Shown piece by piece: positions 49,355 through 57,241 of a stretch of 64,000 bases of DNA; position 1 is the stretch's first letter; each line of letters begins with the position of its first letter. Below the pieces are notes generated by a model that saw only the letters and a program-made list of their open reading frames with translations, was not told the origin of the DNA and did no database searches. The DNA is from Sphingorhabdus sp. Its GTDB lineage: Bacteria; Pseudomonadota; Alphaproteobacteria; Sphingomonadales; Sphingomonadaceae. The stretch is taken from the NCBI GenBank assembly GCA_051657985.1, contig JBOFLS010000083.1:1358-65357 (forward strand), given 5' to 3'. A program made the position numbers and the translations under genes.

Positions 49355-49932
49355 AACCCTTCATAGCCTTCGTAGCTTTTGCGCTGGCAGCCTGTGCGAT
49401 CCCTGCCGAGCGCCCGCAGGTCGCCGTTTCTTCCCCTGGGGTTGAAAAGCCCGTCGAAAAACTGCCGACCGACATTCGCCGTGTTACGATGATCGTACGT
49501 AATATGGAGAACAGCCTTAAACTCTACCGCGATGTCATGGGACTGAAGGTCAATTATGATACCGTGCTGCCGATGTCGGGCGTTGCGCTTCCGGCTGGGG
49601 AGCCGGGCGCGAAGGCTCGGTTGGTATTATTGAACGGAAACGATCCCTTTATCGGCTGGATCGGCCTGATGGAATGGCTCGATCCGCGGCTGCCCGACCC
49701 CGGTCCCTACCCAAAACATATGGGAATAGGCGGGCATATCATTGTGACTCAGACCGACGATATCGACCGCCGCTGCGCCGAGGCGGCAAGGCTGCCCGGT
49801 ATTACCGTCACGGCTCTGCCACGCGATCAAAGCTATCCCGGGCGCAACGGCGCGCCGCCGATCAAGGTGCGCGGGTGCAACTTCTTCGATCCCGACGGTA
49901 CGCTGATCGAACTCAATCAATTGATCGGATGA
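49351..49932 (+). CDS. VOC / glyoxalase-superfamily protein with lipoprotein signal
   Basis: N-terminal lipobox LAAC; V..ME.SL..YRDV.GL and FFDPDGTLIELNQ VOC motifs. Confidence 0.8.
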   Translation: MKPFIAFVAFALAACAIPAERPQVAVSSPGVEKPVEKLPTDIRRVTMIVRNMENSLKLYRDVMGLKVNYDTVLPMSGVALPAGEPGAKARLVLLNGNDPFIGWIGLMEWLDPRLPDPGPYPKHMGIGGHIIVTQTDDIDRRCAEAARLPGITVTALPRDQSYPGRNGAPPIKVRGCNFFDPDGTLIELNQLIG

Positions 49933-49936
49933 AGGC

Positions 49937-50959
49937 ATGAAGGCTTACGGCATAGGACCGCAATCGGGTATCGAAGGGCTGCATCTCTTTGCAGCCGCCG
50001 AACCGGTGATCGAACCGGGCAAGATCGTCGTTCGCGTTACCGCTGCAGGGCTCAATTATCGCGATCTCATGCTATTGCGCGGGCAATATGGCGCGGCGCA
50101 ACCGGAAAAGCGGATACCCTTGTCCGATGGCGTCGGCATTGTCGAGGCAATCGGGGACGATGTAACAGGATTTCAAATTGGCGACCGCGTGATTGCCCCG
50201 CATTTTTTGGGTTGGGCTGATGGGCCGTTTTCGATGGCTGCCTTCGGCCAGGATATGGGCGTTACCGCCGATGGCTGGTTGGCTGAAAAAATCGCTTTTC
50301 CGGCGACCGCCGCGATCAAGCTTCCTGGCGCGATATCCGATGCCACCGCCGCTACATTGGCAGTCGCCGGTGCCACGGTATGGCATGCAATGGTCGCTTT
50401 CGGACAGGTGAAGCCAGGCGAATTGGTTCTGGCGCAGGGGACGGGGGGCGTGGCTATTTTCGCTCTGCTGCTCGCCAAGGCGCTTGGTGCTCGGTTTGCA
50501 ATCACGTCTTCGAGCGATGCGAAGCTTGAAAGATGCAAGGCCATGGGTGCGGACTTTGTCGGGAATTACCAAACGCAACCCGATTGGCCCTCGGCTCTAT
50601 TGGCGCAAACCGGGGGGCAGGGGGCTGATGTCATCATCGATACGCTCGGCTTTCCGGCATTCACCCAAACGATCCAGGCAGCGGCGGTTAATGGCCGGAT
50701 CGGCACTCTGGGGGCGCTTTCGGGTAGTCCACAGGATGCAGCCACGGGCAGCCAGGGTTTGATCATAGCAAAAAACTTGACAATTAAGGGCATTGCTTCG
50801 GGCAGTCGTGCGATGCTTCAGGCCGTTCTCGAGATTGTGGCGCGGCATGGCATCGAAATGCCCATCGATCGCGCATTCGATTTCTCCGATACGCCAGCCG
50901 CCTTTACCCATCTCAACAGCGGGACGCATTTGGGGAAAGTGTTAATTAGGATTAACTAG
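49937..50959 (+). CDS. MDR-family NAD(P)H oxidoreductase (zinc-independent, quinone-reductase-like)
   Basis: GLNYRD, IP.SDGVG.V, QGTGGVA.F and HLGKV motifs. Confidence 0.88.
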   Translation: MKAYGIGPQSGIEGLHLFAAAEPVIEPGKIVVRVTAAGLNYRDLMLLRGQYGAAQPEKRIPLSDGVGIVEAIGDDVTGFQIGDRVIAPHFLGWADGPFSMAAFGQDMGVTADGWLAEKIAFPATAAIKLPGAISDATAATLAVAGATVWHAMVAFGQVKPGELVLAQGTGGVAIFALLLAKALGARFAITSSSDAKLERCKAMGADFVGNYQTQPDWPSALLAQTGGQGADVIIDTLGFPAFTQTIQAAAVNGRIGTLGALSGSPQDAATGSQGLIIAKNLTIKGIASGSRAMLQAVLEIVARHGIEMPIDRAFDFSDTPAAFTHLNSGTHLGKVLIRIN

Positions 50960-51675
50960 CGCTTTAGCTCGACCAGTTCATACCAGGTCATCATATAACC
51001 GCCCACTCCGCCTTTTAGGAAAATGGCGTCTTCATCATTGGTAATCCACAGGTCATAGGGTGGATGCGCGCCTGCCATGCCTGCGCTACCATCGTCAACG
51101 AACTGGAAATGCCGCGCATTGAAAGTACCTGCTTGAACGGTTACTTCCTCCTGGCCTAGAAAGATGCCGTCGATCTTCACTTGCGCGATCATCGGTGGGG
51201 TCGCGCCGCGATGGTCGGGGCTGGGAAGGTAGCAATTGAACTTGTGCCGCTCGCCCTCATGGCTCCAGCGATGCATGCCCAGCATATAGCCATCGGCTAC
51301 GATCGGGTGCGTACCGAAACCGTCCAGAGGAAGTTCCGCCTCCACGCGCTGCGAAAGCCGGCCGATCGATGGACCGAAGCTTTCGCATTCGATCGTCTGG
51401 CCATCGAAGCGCAGCCAACCCGATCCCATAAAAGCATCGCCGACGGTCAAACGCACATGCAGATCTATGGGTTGGCCATGCTCGTCCAGGCTATAGATGA
51501 CGTCTCGCATAACGGTAGGTGCCGGTTCTTCGATCTCGCAATGCGCACGCAGAGTGACCTTGCCGTCGCTATGGCGGGTGAACAGGAAAGTTTCAAAACC
51601 GCGTGGTTCATCGAGGCGTTCGGGCTTTTTCGAGGTGTAGGCGATCCGGCCTTCGATGCTGCGATGCTGCATCAC
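50956..51675 (-). CDS. Hypothetical beta-rich protein
   Basis: 239 aa, coupled to the upstream gene by ATGA overlap. No family recognised. Confidence 0.7.
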   Translation of the reverse strand: MMQHRSIEGRIAYTSKKPERLDEPRGFETFLFTRHSDGKVTLRAHCEIEEPAPTVMRDVIYSLDEHGQPIDLHVRLTVGDAFMGSGWLRFDGQTIECESFGPSIGRLSQRVEAELPLDGFGTHPIVADGYMLGMHRWSHEGERHKFNCYLPSPDHRGATPPMIAQVKIDGIFLGQEEVTVQAGTFNARHFQFVDDGSAGMAGAHPPYDLWITNDEDAIFLKGGVGGYMMTWYELVELKR

Positions 51676-52034
51676 ATTTCCCGCAATGTTTTTGAAAGCT
51701 CCTCGACACTAGGCTCGGCCAATTCCTCCAGCGCTTCCATATCCTGCTGCACGCCGCGCATGATGCGGGCGATATATTCGCGGGTTTGCATCCCACGTTC
51801 GTTCCCCGCTGCGCGATCGGGCGTATAGGCTTCGATATCGGCACGGCTGATCGTACCTTTGGCTTCAAGCAATCGTTCGATGGTATCGAGCCGTTCGCGC
51901 AGCACCGAAACCTCACCGGCCAGGGCCATTACGATAGAAAGCGTACGATCGATCGCCGGATCGTCGAAATAGTGTGGCCGCTTGCCTTTGGCTTTGGCCC
52001 CGGCGCGAGCGATCCAGTCTATGTCATCGTTCAT
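51672..52034 (-). CDS. Small hypothetical helical/coiled-coil protein
   Basis: 120 aa, coupled on both sides; heptad segment LAGEVSVLRERLDTIERLL. Confidence 0.7.
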   Translation of the reverse strand: MNDDIDWIARAGAKAKGKRPHYFDDPAIDRTLSIVMALAGEVSVLRERLDTIERLLEAKGTISRADIEAYTPDRAAGNERGMQTREYIARIMRGVQQDMEALEELAEPSVEELSKTLREM

Positions 52035-53233
52035 GCAGCCGGTTTCCAGGCGCCATAGGCGTTCCAGCTAGCGGCGCGACCATGGTCTTCGCCTTCGCCC
52101 TGGCGCTGTTTGGGGAACACGGTTTCGTCGACCACCGCGGTTACTCCGGTTACGAACTGGCAATCGTGCGGCAGACCCTTTTCGGCCATTATGCCCTTGA
52201 GGTCGAGCGCATGCATAGACGACCAGAAGGGTTCGTTGTTGTTGAACGCATCCCAATCGCGGATGAACTGCTCGTAAAGTGGCATCGCGTCGGAATATTG
52301 CGGCTGTTCCAGATGCAGCATCAGCCCACCGGGCGCAAGTATGCGCGCGCTTTCCCCGATGATACGGGGAAGCGCGGAACCGGATAGCTCGTGCAGATAC
52401 ATCGTCGTTTGCACCCAATCGAAGCTTTCATCCTCGAACGCGTTCATATCCTCGGCATTCATCTGGATAAATTTCAGGTTGTGCGCGCCAAGCGCCTGCG
52501 CGCGCGCATGACCGTAGCGAAGAGACGGGGCAGCGGTATCGATCGCGATCACTTCCGTATCCGGAAAGGCGAGCGCCAGCGGCACGACGTTATGGCCGAT
52601 CGTACAGCCAAGGTCGAGAATGCGCCGTGGCACCCAGCCGGGGCGCTCCTTTTTGATCCATTCGACCAGCGCTTGTCCCCCACCATCCGACAAAGCGCCA
52701 AGGCCGCCGCCGGTGGTTGCGAAGATGCCGCAGTCGTAATTCGCACCCGCAGAAACGTCGCCCGGACGTTCCTCGCCATGATAGCTGCCGGGCATGCAGT
52801 GAATGTCGATTGCTGCCTGATAGCGCGGCACCTGCACCGAGGGATCAAGCCGCAACGTATCGCGGCCCTCGTTATACTGCCGCGCCTTGGCATCGAGTTC
52901 GTCCAACTGGCGCAACACCATCGACCGACCGTTCTGCTGGCGCATTTCCATCGAGTTGCGCTTCAATGCCGACCAGAAGCGGTGCCAGGAATCCTTGTTC
53001 ATCGCATGACGGATCTCGAACCGGTCCTTGGGCTCGCGGCCCTGTTCTTTCATAAAAGTGGGCAGCACGCGTTTGTCATAGGCAAGCTTGTTTCCAGGGC
53101 CTAGCGCGGACGCCATATATTTGTTGAAGTTTGCCAGAAAATTGAACCGCGCCGCTTCGTCATGGCTGGGTGTGGGAAACACCGCATGGCGGGTGACGGC
53201 AGTGTAGGGTGGTGGGATTTCAGGCTTGCTCAT
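52031..53233 (-). CDS. Class I SAM-dependent methyltransferase-fold protein with N-terminal extension
   Basis: ILDLGCTIG motif I variant, IDTA, NAEDM..F.DESFD.V...MYLHE and LAPGG. Confidence 0.82.
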   Translation of the reverse strand: MSKPEIPPPYTAVTRHAVFPTPSHDEAARFNFLANFNKYMASALGPGNKLAYDKRVLPTFMKEQGREPKDRFEIRHAMNKDSWHRFWSALKRNSMEMRQQNGRSMVLRQLDELDAKARQYNEGRDTLRLDPSVQVPRYQAAIDIHCMPGSYHGEERPGDVSAGANYDCGIFATTGGGLGALSDGGGQALVEWIKKERPGWVPRRILDLGCTIGHNVVPLALAFPDTEVIAIDTAAPSLRYGHARAQALGAHNLKFIQMNAEDMNAFEDESFDWVQTTMYLHELSGSALPRIIGESARILAPGGLMLHLEQPQYSDAMPLYEQFIRDWDAFNNNEPFWSSMHALDLKGIMAEKGLPHDCQFVTGVTAVVDETVFPKQRQGEGEDHGRAASWNAYGAWKPAA

Positions 53234-54360
53234 ATCAGTCCATCCTTGGCCAAACGGGCAATGGTTTCTTCGCTGATACGCTTGAAATGGTCACGGCCAG
53301 GGGTTTTGACAACACCATTTTCAAGCAGGCTGTCGGCGTGTTGATGCGTATCCGCGGCATAGGTTGCGGCGAACAGGGCATTGCGCTGGCGGGACAATGT
53401 GTTCGTCATTCCAGGCTTGCGCCGAGCGGCGCGAAGAGCGGCCAGATCGAGATCGGCAAAAGCGGTAAACGTTTCGCCACTGTTCGACTGCGCAAGGATA
53501 TTGCCTTTCCAGTCGATCACCATCGAATTGCCGTCGGCAGACGCCTCGGGAAGCGGGGTGTCGGTAATGCCGGCGGTGTTGGCGGAGATGACATAAGCCA
53601 GATTTTCGAAGGCCCGAGCTCGCTTGGCGATCATTTTGGGGGTCGCCATCGGGGAACCGATTTCGGACGAGCTATGCACGAAAATTTCCGCACCGCGCAG
53701 TGCGTGCGCGCGGGCGATTTCCGGATAGAGAATTTCTTCTGACGCGATTGCCGCCAGATTGCCGATTTCGGTCCGCGCAACGGGAAACGCGCCGTCAAGA
53801 CCATAGATATCCAGATATTTCGACCAGACATCATGCGGTGTAGGCGCAAACATCGAGTTTAAACGGCGATAGCGCAGTACGACATTGCCGTTGGGTGCGA
53901 TAACGAAGCTTGCCTGAAAATAAAGGCCGGGGAAGTGGCGGTCGGCCTCGTAAGCGTTGCCGGCAAGGAACAGTTTTTGTTCCTGCGCGATTTGGCTCAG
54001 CGCTTCATATTCAGGGCCGTCGACTTCCAGCGCGGCCTTATCGGTGAATTCCGGTATCGAAATGGCTCCCGGATAGCTGGTAAGAATATATTCGGGCAAT
54101 ACGGCAAGGCGCACGCGTGTGCCGCTATATTGATTGATGAACTTGGTGGCCGCACGAATCTTGGGATCGAGTGCAGCAATGGTCTCCAGCATCTGCTTGC
54201 GCGCGGCAGCCTTATCGGGCGTTCGCTCGATCGAACGAGCGGCGAACTGCAACGCCACGGCAGCATAGTTTTTTGGATCAGCCATTCCTTGTGCCCCTAC
54301 CGGCAGGGGCAGTGCGCCTGCCATTATTACTGCCAAAGCATCCCGTCTTCTCATCTTCAT
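53230..54360 (-). CDS. Nitrilase/CN-hydrolase-fold protein with variant triad and possible Tat signal
   Basis: VLPEY (Glu), YRRL where YRK is expected, IASEEILYPE where ICYD/E..FPE is expected, and N-terminal RRRDAL...VGA. Confidence 0.8.
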   Translation of the reverse strand: MKMRRRDALAVIMAGALPLPVGAQGMADPKNYAAVALQFAARSIERTPDKAAARKQMLETIAALDPKIRAATKFINQYSGTRVRLAVLPEYILTSYPGAISIPEFTDKAALEVDGPEYEALSQIAQEQKLFLAGNAYEADRHFPGLYFQASFVIAPNGNVVLRYRRLNSMFAPTPHDVWSKYLDIYGLDGAFPVARTEIGNLAAIASEEILYPEIARAHALRGAEIFVHSSSEIGSPMATPKMIAKRARAFENLAYVISANTAGITDTPLPEASADGNSMVIDWKGNILAQSNSGETFTAFADLDLAALRAARRKPGMTNTLSRQRNALFAATYAADTHQHADSLLENGVVKTPGRDHFKRISEETIARLAKDGLI

Positions 54361-54371
54361 CGGTCATGCCT

Positions 54372-55916
54372 CTATAGACCCAGCGCGCCAGGGTTCATCA
54401 AGCCCCTGGGGTCGATATTCGCTTTGACCGCCTGCAAAATTTGCCAGCCGCGCGGATCGCTGCGTTCCTTGATTGGATAGGTGCGGCCCAGCTGAAAATG
54501 AATGCCGTCCATGCGTCCGAAAATAGCAATCACTTCGCGCCGCAATTTTTCGACCAGCGCACGCGCCGCTTCGTTGCGCGGGTGGATCGGCAGCTTTTTG
54601 AAATGTGCATCCTCGATGAAATGCTTGTGAATTTCCCACTGCTCGTCGGGCCAGTAAAAGCAGGGCTCGATCAGGAAGCCGGTAGTACCGACCACAAGGA
54701 ACATATAGCCTGCGCCCACCCCTAACCGCTCCATTTCGGCAGCGTTCGTTTCAAACAAGGCGGTCAGTGTGTCGATCGTTTCCAACGCTTTGGAATGACG
54801 GACGATGCCATGTACCGGTGCCCAGCGTTCGCCTTCGGGGCCAGCCATCGAATTGGGCGGGAGGAAGGGGTTGGCACGCAATATTTTGGGAATGGTGTTT
54901 TCCACGATGCGTCCGCCATTCGCGGCAACGATCGCCTCGACTGCGGCCATATCGGCATCGACAGCGGCTTGAGATCGGCCTTCGCAGATCAGATGGATCG
55001 AAAAGGCGCAATCATCAAGGAAGGAACGACCGGCAGCGACCACCTTTGCCCCCTCCTTCAATCCTTTCCAGAACCCGCCTTGCGACTTGACCATATTGAC
55101 CAGCGATTTCGTATCGGAAACCAGACTGTCGCGCTTCATCCGTTGCGCTTGCAGGAATGGATCGAACCCGAAGGCTTCGGATGCCAGTCCGCGCCGTCCG
55201 ATCTCGCTCATCGCGGCGCAATATTGCTTGGGTGCATCGAAGGCGAAGCTGCCATAAGCGAAAGCTTCGCCATCATGGATCAGGGGCAGGGTAATCGTTG
55301 CTTTTACCCCAAATGCGCCGGCATCTGCGCCGAAAAGGCCCGTCAGGTCGGGGCCAAAGGGACGTAAAAAATCGCTTCCGGTTTTGACGATCGAACCGTT
55401 AGCGAGTACGATTTCAGCGCAGATGATGTTCGGGGCGATCGTGCCGTCGCGTCCGCCCCAGAACAAACCGTTCTGGCTCATTCCGCCTCCGATGCTGGCA
55501 TAGAGGCCCGAAAGCGTGCCCCATAGAGGCGTGCGCAATCCCTTGGGACGGAGCGCTTCGTAAAGCGCATGCCAGGTGCAGCCCGCTTCGACGGTAGCCG
55601 TCATATCGACCATATTGATATCGAGAATGCGCTGCATCCGCCCCATATCGACAATCAGAGCACCTGCCTCAGGAGCAACATAGCCGCTCGTATAGCTCAT
55701 CCCGCCACCGCGCGGTACGATCGCGATTCCGGCTGCGGTCGCTAGGCCGATGCCATGGGCCAGTTCTTCCTTGTTTCCCGGCCGGAACACCGCAATCGGC
55801 GCAGGACCTTTGGTGAAGATATCCTGTGCATAAAGCGCACATTGCGCCGGATCGGTGATCAACGCCTCGGTTGCAATGCCGTTCAACGGGTGATCGGTTC
55901 GAAGCTGCGTTGCCAT
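54372..55916 (-). CDS. FAD-binding oxidoreductase (VAO/PCMH, GlcD-like)
   Basis: P.AVFRP, VPRGGG.S...G, V.AG, ASIGG and DLTGLF..G.FGV motifs. Confidence 0.88.
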   Translation of the reverse strand: MATQLRTDHPLNGIATEALITDPAQCALYAQDIFTKGPAPIAVFRPGNKEELAHGIGLATAAGIAIVPRGGGMSYTSGYVAPEAGALIVDMGRMQRILDINMVDMTATVEAGCTWHALYEALRPKGLRTPLWGTLSGLYASIGGGMSQNGLFWGGRDGTIAPNIICAEIVLANGSIVKTGSDFLRPFGPDLTGLFGADAGAFGVKATITLPLIHDGEAFAYGSFAFDAPKQYCAAMSEIGRRGLASEAFGFDPFLQAQRMKRDSLVSDTKSLVNMVKSQGGFWKGLKEGAKVVAAGRSFLDDCAFSIHLICEGRSQAAVDADMAAVEAIVAANGGRIVENTIPKILRANPFLPPNSMAGPEGERWAPVHGIVRHSKALETIDTLTALFETNAAEMERLGVGAGYMFLVVGTTGFLIEPCFYWPDEQWEIHKHFIEDAHFKKLPIHPRNEAARALVEKLRREVIAIFGRMDGIHFQLGRTYPIKERSDPRGWQILQAVKANIDPRGLMNPGALGL

Positions 55917-55919
55917 GTT

Positions 55920-57173
55920 TCAAGCCTTTTGCTGATCGGGATAGCGCCCAAGCGCCAACAACATTGCCCCCCCAATCACGAACATCGCTGCTGCCGCCAT
56001 CAGCATGCCGTCATAGCTGCCCGTGTTTACACGAACCGTACCGTAAATGACCGGCGAGATTGCCGACATCAGTCCGAAAGGCATGTACAGCATACCGTAT
56101 ATCCGCCCGAAATGCGCCATGCCGAAATAGCGTGCAGCCAAGAATGCAATGAGGTCGCTTTCCGCACCCGCCGCAAAACCCAAGAAAAAAGCGGCGGTGG
56201 AGATGGCGGGCATTGCACTATCGGTACCAAGCAATAGATAGCATGCGACCGCGGGCAAGCACAGCACGGGAAAGGCAATTGCCGGGCCCCAGACCTTGTC
56301 AAGCATGTAGCCAACACCAATACGGCCGCAAAGCAGGCCGATGCCAACAATCCCCATGATTCTGGCGGCAGTGTCCCGATCAATGCCATGATCGCCGACG
56401 ATTGCGGGTAAGTGGATATGGGCGCCGCCATAGGCGCTGGCGATCAAAAAGATCGAGAACCATAACACCCAGAACTGGCGGGTCCTTACCGCCTGCTTGA
56501 AAGTCATCCCCGCCAGCTCGCCAGTCATGGTAGAAAGCGCGGCAGGCCGTTCGTCGGCGCGAGGTTCGCGAAAAAAGGCGATCGTCGCTGGTAAGGCAAT
56601 CAGCAGCGGCAGCAATGCCACAATCGGAAACATCGCCCGCCAACCGAAATTATCACTACTCCAAACGGCAAGGCTTGGAACGATAAAGGCAGCCGCACTC
56701 GTACCGACCAACATTATGCCCAATGCCAGTCCGCGCTGTCGTACGAACCACAGGCTTAGGCCTCTGCTCCATGTGACCGGAGTGGATCCGATACCGATCA
56801 TACCCACGAGCAGCCAAAGAAAATAAAAGCCAATCAAGGTGGGCGGGGTAAAATAAAGCGAGGAAAAGGCAAGAATGAAGCCGACGAGCGACCAGATACC
56901 CACTTTACGCACGCCATAACGATCCGCTAGCCAGCCGAAAAAAGGGGCAAGCAGCGATGCCGTAATGCCGAATACCGTTATACCGATGCTAACCTGTTGG
57001 ACGTTCCAACCATATTCGGCCTCAAGCGGCGTGAACAGGAAGCCCAGAACATTGAAAGGGAGGGGCGATGCACCGCACATCGTGCCCAAAAAACCGGCAA
57101 GCAAAACTTTCCAGCCGAGTTTAAATTCCGATTGCTGCGCGTTCAGAGCCTCTACACTTTTTGATGCTATCAT
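55920..57173 (-). CDS. MFS transporter
   Basis: About 12 hydrophobic segments; GWLADRYGVRK MFS motif A; GYMLDK in the second half. Confidence 0.9.
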   Translation of the reverse strand: MIASKSVEALNAQQSEFKLGWKVLLAGFLGTMCGASPLPFNVLGFLFTPLEAEYGWNVQQVSIGITVFGITASLLAPFFGWLADRYGVRKVGIWSLVGFILAFSSLYFTPPTLIGFYFLWLLVGMIGIGSTPVTWSRGLSLWFVRQRGLALGIMLVGTSAAAFIVPSLAVWSSDNFGWRAMFPIVALLPLLIALPATIAFFREPRADERPAALSTMTGELAGMTFKQAVRTRQFWVLWFSIFLIASAYGGAHIHLPAIVGDHGIDRDTAARIMGIVGIGLLCGRIGVGYMLDKVWGPAIAFPVLCLPAVACYLLLGTDSAMPAISTAAFFLGFAAGAESDLIAFLAARYFGMAHFGRIYGMLYMPFGLMSAISPVIYGTVRVNTGSYDGMLMAAAAMFVIGGAMLLALGRYPDQQKA

Positions 57174-57204
57174 ATGAGGTTAAAGCTTTCGCGCTATAAT
57201 GGGC

Positions 57205-57229
57205 AAAAAACGGGATCTTTCGACCCCGT
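57205..57229 (-). terminator. Rho-independent terminator after the TonB-dependent receptor gene
   Basis: Minus strand acggggtc-gaaa-gatcccgt followed by a T run. Confidence 0.7.
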
Positions 57230-57241
57230 CCAATTTACATA

